DNA from: an uncultured Gammaproteobacteria bacterium | GTDB taxonomy: Bacteria > Patescibacteriota > Patescibacteriia > Magasanikbacterales > UBA922 | Assembly (NCBI GenBank): GCA_965231005.1 | Contig: OZ246405.1 | Span: 1,095,829 to 1,159,828 of the forward strand | DNA: 64,000 nt | Direction: 5' to 3' | In this document: one piece after another, positions 9,879-18,484 of the stretch | Layout: every line of letters begins with the position of its first letter | Position numbering within the stretch: position 1 is the stretch's first letter | Program-made: the position numbers and the translations under genes | Notes under the pieces: generated by a model | Seen by the model: the letters and a program-made list of their open reading frames with translations, nothing else | What the model was told of the DNA's origin: nothing | Databases searched by the model: none

Positions 9879-11336
9879 TTATTTGAGCTTCACCTGAAAT
9901 ATCCTATCAAGAAGAAGGTCAGAATCGATATTATATACAGTATCTCCCCATTTTTCCTCCTTTTCTGCTGGTGTAGCTGATGTAATAGTTGTATCAAAAT
10001 CAAGGTCAAGCGTCAAACCATGAGCCCCAGTTCCTGCTTGTTTCTGAACAACAAATGTATACATACCCTTTTCAATACGCTTCTGAATGTCTGTAGGAAG
10101 CTTATATACAAATGTAACATCACGTTCCTGCCCTGGTTCGATTGATATAAATGAGCCAAACCAATCCTTTCCACCTTCATGCCCAATATCTACATCATCC
10201 AGTGTCGGCGTTGAATTTTTCTTGCCAATTCCGTGGACAGAAATAAGTTTTGAACCTTTTGGAACAAACACTCTTACATAAGATAAATACCGTGTTGTAC
10301 GCCAGTCAAAAGATCCATTGTGCGTATAATGCATTTGAGCACTGACAATGTATTCTCCATTGTCATTGCGAACCATTGTATATTGCAAATCCCGTTCCAT
10401 TGCATGGTCAGTTTTTAATGCTGCAAGATTCGCATCAACCCAGAGGAGGTAATCATCTTCGGTTTCAATGATTCTTCCTGCCCAGCCTTTTTCATCTATA
10501 AGTTTTTGTAATTCTTTGTTTTCACTTGAAACTAAAATATGTTTTTCGTTTGCGAGTGAAACTAATTCACTGAGAAATGTATCATAGTCAAGAAATGCTT
10601 TTGTTTTTATTTTTTGAAGAAGTGTTCTCATAAACGGTTCTAAAATTTCCTTTCTTCTTTCAAATGGAATACCTTTTTCTCTATACCCATATTCTACTTC
10701 GTACTCTAATTTTTCTGTGATATCTTTTTCAGTAAACGTAATATCAGCAACAGTCACTGGACCAATATGTTTGAGCATACGTTCAATCACTGTTGGTGTA
10801 ATTGCAATAACCGCATCAATGTCTTGTGCTGCAATACCCTCTTCACCTTTGTACAATTCCAATGCCTTTGCTGCAGATGCTACAAAATCTGGAGACCAAT
10901 TTGCATCACGGAAATACCAACGGTCAACACCAAGATGGTCTGTAATAGGCTGTGGTGGCACTGGCTTCCAATCCTTAGGAGTATTGCGGTCAATTGTTTC
11001 TGTACCTTCTACTCTTATAAGATTCATACTTCCCTTATCCATCTGAACAACAGCATAGGATCCAATAAAACCACCACTCGGTCGAAGCTCAGTATTATTT
11101 TGGAATAGTAAAAGATATGTACGAGACTCATCAAAACCAAGAAATTGTGGAACGAGTTTTAAAAAATCACCTGTTGCATCATTTGTATACTGTGTAATCA
11201 AATTTGATGACAAAATACTTTTTACCGAATGATTACTAATATATTGATATATCAATATTGCACCAACAATTGCTGCAAGCAAAAAAATACTAAGAACAAT
11301 TGGCCAGAGTTTTCTTTTTTTTCTTCTCAAAAACAT
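9879..11336 (-). CDS. DUF4012-like membrane-anchored protein
   Basis: N-terminal TM helix; internal ...NTELRPSGGFIGSYAVVQMD... stretch as I recall it from DUF4012 proteins common in small-genome bacteria; sits in glycosyltransferase locus. Confidence 0.45.
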   Translation of the reverse strand: MFLRRKKRKLWPIVLSIFLLAAIVGAILIYQYISNHSVKSILSSNLITQYTNDATGDFLKLVPQFLGFDESRTYLLLFQNNTELRPSGGFIGSYAVVQMDKGSMNLIRVEGTETIDRNTPKDWKPVPPQPITDHLGVDRWYFRDANWSPDFVASAAKALELYKGEEGIAAQDIDAVIAITPTVIERMLKHIGPVTVADITFTEKDITEKLEYEVEYGYREKGIPFERRKEILEPFMRTLLQKIKTKAFLDYDTFLSELVSLANEKHILVSSENKELQKLIDEKGWAGRIIETEDDYLLWVDANLAALKTDHAMERDLQYTMVRNDNGEYIVSAQMHYTHNGSFDWRTTRYLSYVRVFVPKGSKLISVHGIGKKNSTPTLDDVDIGHEGGKDWFGSFISIEPGQERDVTFVYKLPTDIQKRIEKGMYTFVVQKQAGTGAHGLTLDLDFDTTITSATPAEKEEKWGDTVYNIDSDLLLDRIFQVKLK

Positions 11337-11350
11337 AACAAATGTGTTAG

Positions 11351-12856
11351 TTATAAATTGCGTTTCTTTTGAGAAACATTGAATCCTAAATACTTACCAA
11401 ACATAAGATGCGTGACTGCATCGATAGCTGGAATCGCACTCATGAAAATAAGAGTAATTGGGAGAAGCGCCCACTGAAGGAGCATAATAATGTACCTGTG
11501 CGGTGGATGTGAATTTGGTCGTTTGGGAAGGAGTGGGAAACTAAAAAATGCAGAAAGCAACAAACCAAGCATAGATATGAGCATTAAATTCTGCAGCATA
11601 TGTGGTGTGTTAAAAAATAGTGCGGTTTGTTTGATCGCTCCTTCTGCCACCAACATTGGTAACCGACCAAGTACAGTAATCAAAAGAGCAACCACACACC
11701 ATGACCATTTCCCTTCCCATTCAACAAAAACCCATTTTATTTTTTTCCACAATGGAATTGCATTTCCTTTTTTCTTAAATTCCCACAATAAATATGGAAC
11801 ATGTTCAACACCCCATGCCCAACGACGCTGTTGTTTGTACAAATTTTTCATACTTTGTTTCCAAGAATCATCACGGACGGTATCCATTGATACAGGAATA
11901 TACATTGGTGTAACCTCGTACTCTCCATTGTATCGTAAAAGACATTGGTAAAAAATTCGTGAATCTTCGCTAACAATTCTTTTTTCATGAAACCCAGCAT
12001 CAACAATTGCACGAAAACTCATCGAATGAGATGAAAACGTTACAAGAGCATCTTGCCTTGCAAGTGACGTAAACATCCAAAATGTTGTTCCAAATGCCAT
12101 AATCCGAAGTACAGCTGGAGACTCCCACATATTATTGTTGTAGAGCGCAATTGGTTGGAATGAACTTCGTGTTGGATTTGGATGTTTGCAATACAAATAT
12201 GTTAAATAAGAAAAATAGTGCTCATGACATACCGTATCAATATCAAACATCGTACAAATGACGTTATCGTAGTTCCACCCTTTGTTATCAATATATGTTT
12301 TTATTTGTCTTTCAGCATAGTGTAAGTTAGATCCTTTTCCTGGAATTTCTCCTGAAAGACCAACTGGATGACATGTTCCCACTATGTCTGCAAACGAATT
12401 AGGAAACGCCTGTTTTGTTTTTTGCAAAATATCTAGATAATGTTCTTTTGTTTTTTCTTCTCCTGCAATAACAATCATTAACTTACTTCTGTCATATGTT
12501 GCTCGTGCAATACTTTCTATCGCTGTTTTAACCACTGCCCACTCTTCATTATATAATGTAAGAAATACAACATGATGCTTATCTTCCCATGAATCTACCT
12601 CATGAAATAATTTATCTTTCCAATCGATTTTTTTTGCTGTTGCATAACGCCGCCATGCAACATTCAAATAAAAAGAAAAATTAACTACTTTCAATACCCA
12701 ATAAATATCAAAAATAATAATAAAATAAATCATCCAAAGTGGTCGAATGAATGATAATACTATAGACAAAATCAGGGTTAACCAAATGGATAGCCCTGGA
12801 AGAATTTCATATAGTCTGTAACGCTGATAATCAGTAAGCATTAGGCTTGGATACAA
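11351..12856 (-). CDS. membrane-embedded processive family-2 glycosyltransferase (cellulose/chitin-synthase-like)
   Basis: Multiple TM segments, cytoplasmic GT-A region and QQRRWAWG, i.e. the Q(Q/R)xRW motif of processive beta-glycosyltransferases. Confidence 0.6.
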   Translation of the reverse strand: MYPSLMLTDYQRYRLYEILPGLSIWLTLILSIVLSFIRPLWMIYFIIIFDIYWVLKVVNFSFYLNVAWRRYATAKKIDWKDKLFHEVDSWEDKHHVVFLTLYNEEWAVVKTAIESIARATYDRSKLMIVIAGEEKTKEHYLDILQKTKQAFPNSFADIVGTCHPVGLSGEIPGKGSNLHYAERQIKTYIDNKGWNYDNVICTMFDIDTVCHEHYFSYLTYLYCKHPNPTRSSFQPIALYNNNMWESPAVLRIMAFGTTFWMFTSLARQDALVTFSSHSMSFRAIVDAGFHEKRIVSEDSRIFYQCLLRYNGEYEVTPMYIPVSMDTVRDDSWKQSMKNLYKQQRRWAWGVEHVPYLLWEFKKKGNAIPLWKKIKWVFVEWEGKWSWCVVALLITVLGRLPMLVAEGAIKQTALFFNTPHMLQNLMLISMLGLLLSAFFSFPLLPKRPNSHPPHRYIIMLLQWALLPITLIFMSAIPAIDAVTHLMFGKYLGFNVSQKKRNL

Positions 12857-12916
12857 AAAATATTATGCGCCTAATATAGCAGAAAAATTGGGAAATGTCC
12901 ACTTTATAAAAAGAAA

Positions 12917-13726
12917 TTATTTCTTCTTAAATGCGTACACAGGAAACCATGGTGCAGAAGGATCATTCCCATAATGAATCGCTTCTATTTGGAAAAATTC
13001 TTGTGCTTTCTTTTCAAAATCATCCTTTTGCATAACAGACAAAGATGGTTCATCAGTTTCAATAGAAAATGCTTTCATAATGAAATCATAGTCCTTTTGC
13101 TGAATCAAACCTTTTTCTTTTGCCTTATCAATTTCAATTGTTGCATCTCTTAAATCACACATGTTTTCCCCATTACGTTTACAACAATACAAGAACGGCA
13201 ACGTTGTTTCATACAAACTATACTTCCCTTCCCACTCTTTATAATGTCTTTCAAGTGCTTTTTCAAGATCAGTGTCTTCTGTTGGAAACAGCGCTTCTCT
13301 TCCAATAAATAACCCATCGTCTTTTAAATGGTTAACAATGTTTTGAAAAAATTGATCATACTGACTTGTGTGTAAAACACCCGGAACCCAATCACCAAAA
13401 ATAAGATCAAACTGCTTTCCTAAATTCATGGTTAACCAATTGTCTTCATAAAATGTTTCTTCTCCTTTGTGTTCCATTGGTTGTTTGGATAACACATGAA
13501 AAAATTCTTCAGAAAAATCTACAATATGAACATTCATGCCATTTTTATGAAGCATGCTACGAAATTCAACTGTTGAACCCAAAATAAGAACATCAAGTTT
13601 GCCTTCTTTTTTCTTTTCCAGTGCGTACTTTTCAAACCATGCAACTTCACTAGGCCATGGTCGTGCAGGTGCTGGAAGCTCTTTCCAATAATCTGCTTTT
13701 GTTTCTTGCCAATTTGCTTCTGTCAT
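12917..13726 (-). CDS. uncharacterised paralog family member 1 (Rossmann / class I SAM-methyltransferase-like)
   Basis: Shares with 14839-15663, 15665-16507 and 16518-17336 the motifs ARP(x)nW near N-term, hhILGSTxEFR (degenerate MTase motif I position) and DhhhGD (post-II like). Confidence 0.4.
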   Translation of the reverse strand: MTEANWQETKADYWKELPAPARPWPSEVAWFEKYALEKKKEGKLDVLILGSTVEFRSMLHKNGMNVHIVDFSEEFFHVLSKQPMEHKGEETFYEDNWLTMNLGKQFDLIFGDWVPGVLHTSQYDQFFQNIVNHLKDDGLFIGREALFPTEDTDLEKALERHYKEWEGKYSLYETTLPFLYCCKRNGENMCDLRDATIEIDKAKEKGLIQQKDYDFIMKAFSIETDEPSLSVMQKDDFEKKAQEFFQIEAIHYGNDPSAPWFPVYAFKKK

Positions 13727-13730
13727 ATAT

Positions 13731-14837
13731 TTATTCTTTACTACTTAATTTTTTTTCAAGCGATTCTTGTGCTGCACCAGTAATCCACCGAACAACTGAA
13801 GACACTCTCATATTTGCAAAATCATGTGACTCTTGTTTTTTTTCTCGGTCAACACGAGGATTGTTGTATTTCACAACACGAACACGTTCATGTCCAGCAG
13901 CTTGTAAAACCGGTGCAAATTCATCTGCTGCCTTTGGTGAAACATACTCATCTGGATGACCCCCCATAAATGTATCCGGAGTATAAAAGCTTGATTCAAG
14001 ATTTTTGTATGAAGTCCAATCACCAGCATACATTCTTTCTGAGTTTGCTTTCATTTGTTTCATATTTTCAACAGGATCAAGACATTCATGAACACCATTG
14101 TCTTTGATATAACCCAAGTACCCTTTGAATTTTTCGCCTGGCATAACTCCTTCACTATCAAGAGATCCATCTTCTTGGATTCTTCCAACTGCACCAGAGA
14201 GTGATACAACACGAGAAATCTTATCTACTAGTTCTGGATGTGATTTTGATAGATGTTCAAGTGCAGAATAAATATTGTGAACACCCATGGAATGACCAAC
14301 AAGATGAACCTTAGAAAATGCTTCTTGTAATCCAATAATGGCTGTTTCAACTTCATGCCCCCATGCTTCAAAAGAAAATGGTTCACCTAAATGATCTTGC
14401 CCATTTCCCTTTGCCCACTCTTGTTTTTTTGGACAATCAACAAGTCCTACAGCTGCACCACCTTCCATTTTGGTTCCATTGTGTCTAGAACCAAACACTG
14501 TAAATCCTTCTTTTACCAAGGCAGGTGCATACCGTGAATTGAGCCAACGAACTCCTCCACCAGGAACTCCTGGATTTAAAATAACAATCTCTCCATTACT
14601 TTTATCTGCATCTGGTAAATATAATTCACCTTCTATTTCTCTTCCGTCTGCTTCCACTTTTGTCCACACAACGTCTGCTTGGATTGGATCTCCGTTTTCA
14701 TCAACGGTTCTTCCTGATTCAAACGAAGCATCAATATTTACATGATCTCCAAGTTCTTTTAATCTTGCAGTAAGCTCTGGATTTAGTTCAAAAGAGGAAT
14801 CTTTCATCTCTCCTTTTGGTTTTATTTTTTCTGGCAT
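13731..14837 (-). CDS. alpha/beta-hydrolase (lipase/esterase-like)
   Basis: VHLVGHSMGVH nucleophile elbow (G-H-S-M-G); 368 aa; inserted between paralogs 1 and 2. Confidence 0.55.
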   Translation of the reverse strand: MPEKIKPKGEMKDSSFELNPELTARLKELGDHVNIDASFESGRTVDENGDPIQADVVWTKVEADGREIEGELYLPDADKSNGEIVILNPGVPGGGVRWLNSRYAPALVKEGFTVFGSRHNGTKMEGGAAVGLVDCPKKQEWAKGNGQDHLGEPFSFEAWGHEVETAIIGLQEAFSKVHLVGHSMGVHNIYSALEHLSKSHPELVDKISRVVSLSGAVGRIQEDGSLDSEGVMPGEKFKGYLGYIKDNGVHECLDPVENMKQMKANSERMYAGDWTSYKNLESSFYTPDTFMGGHPDEYVSPKAADEFAPVLQAAGHERVRVVKYNNPRVDREKKQESHDFANMRVSSVVRWITGAAQESLEKKLSSKE

Positions 14838-14838
14838 A

Positions 14839-15663
14839 TTATTTCTTTACAAATTTATATACAAAAGAACAATCAGCAAATAATGTATCATCTTGCAGCT
14901 GATCTGCAATAGTAAAGTATTTTTCAATAGCAACACGATCTTCTTCCCAATAACTTCCTCCACCAAGATTCCATGTTTTTCCTTTTGGCAACATATCTAA
15001 AAACCGTTCATAATATTCTTTCATGTTTGGTCGATCTATGTGTTTCTTCAATAGTTCAATAGTATCATCTGTTTTGGATTCACGATTTCTATGTGACAAA
15101 AAATTTAATTCAGAAAAGAAGTCACTGGTAGATTCATTTGAAGGCTCAATCTTTTCGTACTTTGAAATAAGCTCTTCTGGTGTATAAATCTTAGTTTCTG
15201 GAAACATGGTAATAATACGTGTAATGAGTGCGCCTGTTGCTTTGAGTAATCCAGCAATAGCTCCAAAAAGCTCATCTTGTTTATCAAAAGGAATGTTTGC
15301 TCGGATGTGATCACCAAATACTGCATCAAATTCTCCTTTTGGTAATTGTGGATCTAACCAGTTCCCCTGTACCCATGTTTCTCGTTCATGCGATTCTTTC
15401 ATAAGCGAAGACATTGCCTTTGTCATTTCTGTATTTATATCAAGAACAGTAACATGAATATTCGGATAGGTTGCCAACATATCGCGAACTTCTGGAGTTG
15501 AACCAAAAATAACAACCTTTGGCTCAGCAACACCAGCAATAGCTTCATCAAGAAATTGCTTATATTGTGTTACATTTTTTTTAGATGGATGAGGACCTTC
15601 TGTAAATTTTCCCCATGAATCTGCAAACTTTTTCCATGGGTCTGCGTAAATTTCTTTGCTCAT
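14839..15663 (-). CDS. uncharacterised paralog family member 2 (MTase-like)
   Basis: VVIFGSTPEVRDML and DAVFGD motifs aligned with paralogs 1, 3, 4. Confidence 0.4.
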   Translation of the reverse strand: MSKEIYADPWKKFADSWGKFTEGPHPSKKNVTQYKQFLDEAIAGVAEPKVVIFGSTPEVRDMLATYPNIHVTVLDINTEMTKAMSSLMKESHERETWVQGNWLDPQLPKGEFDAVFGDHIRANIPFDKQDELFGAIAGLLKATGALITRIITMFPETKIYTPEELISKYEKIEPSNESTSDFFSELNFLSHRNRESKTDDTIELLKKHIDRPNMKEYYERFLDMLPKGKTWNLGGGSYWEEDRVAIEKYFTIADQLQDDTLFADCSFVYKFVKK

Positions 15664-15664
15664 A

Positions 15665-16507
15665 CTATTTTTTCTTTAGCACGTATGTAGGATAACATTC
15701 AGAATAAAATGGTACATATTCTTGATCAATCCATTTTTCTTCAATGATAAAAAATTGTTCCAACCTTTTTTCAACAAATTCCTCTGGTGGATAAAAGAAT
15801 TCAAACTGAGTTTTATCTTTTCCAAGCAAACGAAACGGTTCAATTTGTTTTTCAGTTATTAACCCATCGTCATATAATTGTTCGACCAACGTAGCACAAT
15901 TTTTTATTGCAAGAACATGTGACTCATTCCGAGGAGTGCTTGCATAAACCATAGGACTAAACACTTTATAAAAAGAATGTTTTTCAAGATCTTCTTTTCT
16001 TTTTGTAACTTCTTCTCTAAGCGTTAGATATTCATATTTTTTTGGAATACCCCAGCACGTATCAATAAAAAGACTATCTCCATGCATGTGTTTTGCAATA
16101 TTTTGCAAATATACTTCGTTGTCCGTGTGAGTCACAATATTAAATGCAGCATCTGTAATAATGAGATCAAACTCTTTACCTAAATCCATTGTACGCCAAT
16201 CATCTTGAATAAATGTTTCCTTCTCAGCATAGTTATCTTTATGCTTCATTGCGCTTGAAAGAATATCATAATTGTCCTTACTAAAATCAACAATTGTCGG
16301 ATGAATTCCAAGATCAATACATACATCTCTAAATTCAGACGTTGATCCTAGAATAAGTAAGGAAAATGCATCGCCTTTTTCTGCGAATGCTTTTTCTATA
16401 TGTCCTTTAACAAATGCCAACCGAGCGGCTGTTGGTCGTGCAGGCGGTTCCCAATACTTTGCCCAACGCTCTGCAAAATCGATTAACCAATTTTTGTCTT
16501 TAGTCAT
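15665..16507 (-). CDS. uncharacterised paralog family member 3 (MTase-like)
   Basis: LLILGSTSEFRDVC, DLIITD motifs; 1-nt spacing to paralog 2. Confidence 0.4.
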   Translation of the reverse strand: MTKDKNWLIDFAERWAKYWEPPARPTAARLAFVKGHIEKAFAEKGDAFSLLILGSTSEFRDVCIDLGIHPTIVDFSKDNYDILSSAMKHKDNYAEKETFIQDDWRTMDLGKEFDLIITDAAFNIVTHTDNEVYLQNIAKHMHGDSLFIDTCWGIPKKYEYLTLREEVTKRKEDLEKHSFYKVFSPMVYASTPRNESHVLAIKNCATLVEQLYDDGLITEKQIEPFRLLGKDKTQFEFFYPPEEFVEKRLEQFFIIEEKWIDQEYVPFYSECYPTYVLKKK

Positions 16508-16517
16508 ATAATAGGAA

Positions 16518-17336
16518 TTATTTTTTTAAAGTAAGTTTTACAATAGGAATATGCTTTGCATACCAATCTTGTCCAATAATGTATGAATCAAGTTTGAAAA
16601 AATCTGAATAACTTTTGGAAAATATTTCTCTTAAGGGAATATTCATTTTGAAATCTCCAAGTGCATTCCAACGTTTTTCAAACTCCTCATATTCGTATTG
16701 AGTGAGTATACCGCTCTTATATGAGTCATGCAATCTTTCCTTACTTGTAGGACAATGCATGGTATCTTCTTCAAAATCATAATCTGACAACAATACTTCA
16801 TACCATACAGATGAAAACGGACTTTTGTCTGAGCGTTCTTCTCTGTACAATTTAAAAATTTCCTCGTGTGACATTTGATTATTATTCTCGCGAAGTGGTG
16901 TTTTCAAAAAAAGAATTGCATTTGAATTACAATGCCCTGCTATTTGAGAAAACATTTGTTTGTGATCTTTTACAGGAGTAACAGTCGTTGCAAGATCACC
17001 TAAAAACACATCAAATGTTTTATCAAAACCACTCATGTCGAGCCAATCTGAAACAATCAAATTATCTTCTGTATCTTTATGTGGTAATGATTCTCGCAGT
17101 CCTAAAAAATTTTCTTTACTATATTCAATACACGCATAGTTGATACCCAACTGCTGACATAAATCTCGATATTCAATTGTAGAACCAAGAATAGCAACTG
17201 CAAGATCACTATGTTCAGATTGCAATGAGAGAAGCTCTTTTTTTAGTAGGTCAATCTCATGAGAAGAAGGACGTGCAGGTGGCAAAAACAAATCCCATTT
17301 TTTTGCTACATCTGTTGTCCATTGGTTTGTTTCCAT
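16518..17336 (-). CDS. uncharacterised paralog family member 4 (MTase-like; ORF extends to 17414, METNQW start more likely)
   Basis: VAILGSTIEYRDLC, DVFLGD motifs; longer N-terminal ORF extension overlaps tsaB-like gene. Confidence 0.4.
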   Translation of the reverse strand: METNQWTTDVAKKWDLFLPPARPSSHEIDLLKKELLSLQSEHSDLAVAILGSTIEYRDLCQQLGINYACIEYSKENFLGLRESLPHKDTEDNLIVSDWLDMSGFDKTFDVFLGDLATTVTPVKDHKQMFSQIAGHCNSNAILFLKTPLRENNNQMSHEEIFKLYREERSDKSPFSSVWYEVLLSDYDFEEDTMHCPTSKERLHDSYKSGILTQYEYEEFEKRWNALGDFKMNIPLREIFSKSYSDFFKLDSYIIGQDWYAKHIPIVKLTLKK

Positions 17337-17349
17337 ATCACTATTTTCA

Positions 17350-17724
17350 TCAACCAATATTTGGCTCACCACTGTATGTAGCTGAAATGTATTTTCCTTC
17401 TTGCTGTGATTCAAACTTTGAAATAAGTTCTTGAGTATTCTTTAGATCATCTGATGAAATTGAGATGACGGGAATCTTATGTATATATACAAATCCATTC
17501 GCGACTGTTGTTGCAATCCGTGTACTTGTGAATCCACCTTCACCAACAACAACGGCAATACCTTGTACATCCTTTTTCTCAATCTTTTGCTCTGTCAAAA
17601 ATTCATCTATATAAAAAAGCAGATCACGATTTTTCGCATCTACTTGTTTTTCAAACACACTCTCTTTGTCGAAGAGAGTAAGCCGGACAATATCTTTTTT
17701 AGATGTATCAATTCCCAAAAACAT
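17350..17724 (-). CDS. tsaB: short TsaB-like protein (tRNA t6A37 system, inactive Kae1 paralog)
   Basis: MFLGIDTS...GIAVVVGEGGFTSTRIATTVANGF matches TsaB/YeaZ N-terminal half; only 124 aa. Confidence 0.45.
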   Translation of the reverse strand: MFLGIDTSKKDIVRLTLFDKESVFEKQVDAKNRDLLFYIDEFLTEQKIEKKDVQGIAVVVGEGGFTSTRIATTVANGFVYIHKIPVISISSDDLKNTQELISKFESQQEGKYISATYSGEPNIG

Positions 17725-17726
17725 AC

Positions 17727-18350
17727 TTAATTTGAAAATTTGTCAACCGCTTTTATATGCTTACCTTCAAACAGTGAAAATAAAAATTTATCAAGCACAT
17801 GTCGTCGGTCAAGAAATTCTTCTGGAGACATAATTGTATACCGGACTTCTGCATTAAAATCCTTTTCATGTTTTCCAATGATCTTTTGAATAGATCGATC
17901 TTTTAAATTTCCAACTAACAAAATATCACTCTTTGCATCGGTCTCACCTGTAAACCGACCTGTAAGGAGAAGGAGGTGAATGTCTCCTCCTTTCTTCTGT
18001 AAATCATCAATCAATTGCTGTTCACCAAGAACTTGCGCTTTCAGAAGAAGCTTGTGCATTTCTGGATAGAGCAATGCTTTTGTATTTAACACATAATATT
18101 TTCTAAGTGTTGACCCCATTGTATTGTCTTCCATCTTTTCTACAGACGTCTTTTTCTTGTCGACTGCTTCTTTTTCTACTTCAAGAATCAAATCACAATC
18201 AAGAAGAATTTTTAATTCTCTGCGAATCGCATTTATTTGTGTATCCAAAAGACGCTGCAGCTCTCGAACATAAAATGCTCTTTCTGGATCTTGATAAAAA
18301 ACCTTTAACAATTTTAGTCTTGTTTTTGAACCAAATAAGTGTTCAAGCAT
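17727..18350 (-). CDS. putative winged-helix DNA-binding protein
   Basis: N-terminal LFGSKTRLKLLKVF...YVRELQRLLDTQINAIRRELKIL resembles HTH/wHTH regulators; rest unassigned. Confidence 0.3.
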   Translation of the reverse strand: MLEHLFGSKTRLKLLKVFYQDPERAFYVRELQRLLDTQINAIRRELKILLDCDLILEVEKEAVDKKKTSVEKMEDNTMGSTLRKYYVLNTKALLYPEMHKLLLKAQVLGEQQLIDDLQKKGGDIHLLLLTGRFTGETDAKSDILLVGNLKDRSIQKIIGKHEKDFNAEVRYTIMSPEEFLDRRHVLDKFLFSLFEGKHIKAVDKFSN

Positions 18351-18484
18351 ATAGCGAATTATCTATTATCTAAAATCAATTATCCAAAATAACGACAAAG
18401 ACAGGCATGATTCCACATTTTTGTTTGGTACTTTAGAATGAAGTGTAGTATAATAATTGGGCTAGAAAAAGTCAAAATTCAGAT

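Noticed and set aside
18351-18484. Sigma70 promoter upstream of the 747-aa gene (tagtataat)
   Set aside because: The TATAAT-like box is present, but no -35 element at acceptable spacing could be found, so it is not reported as a feature.
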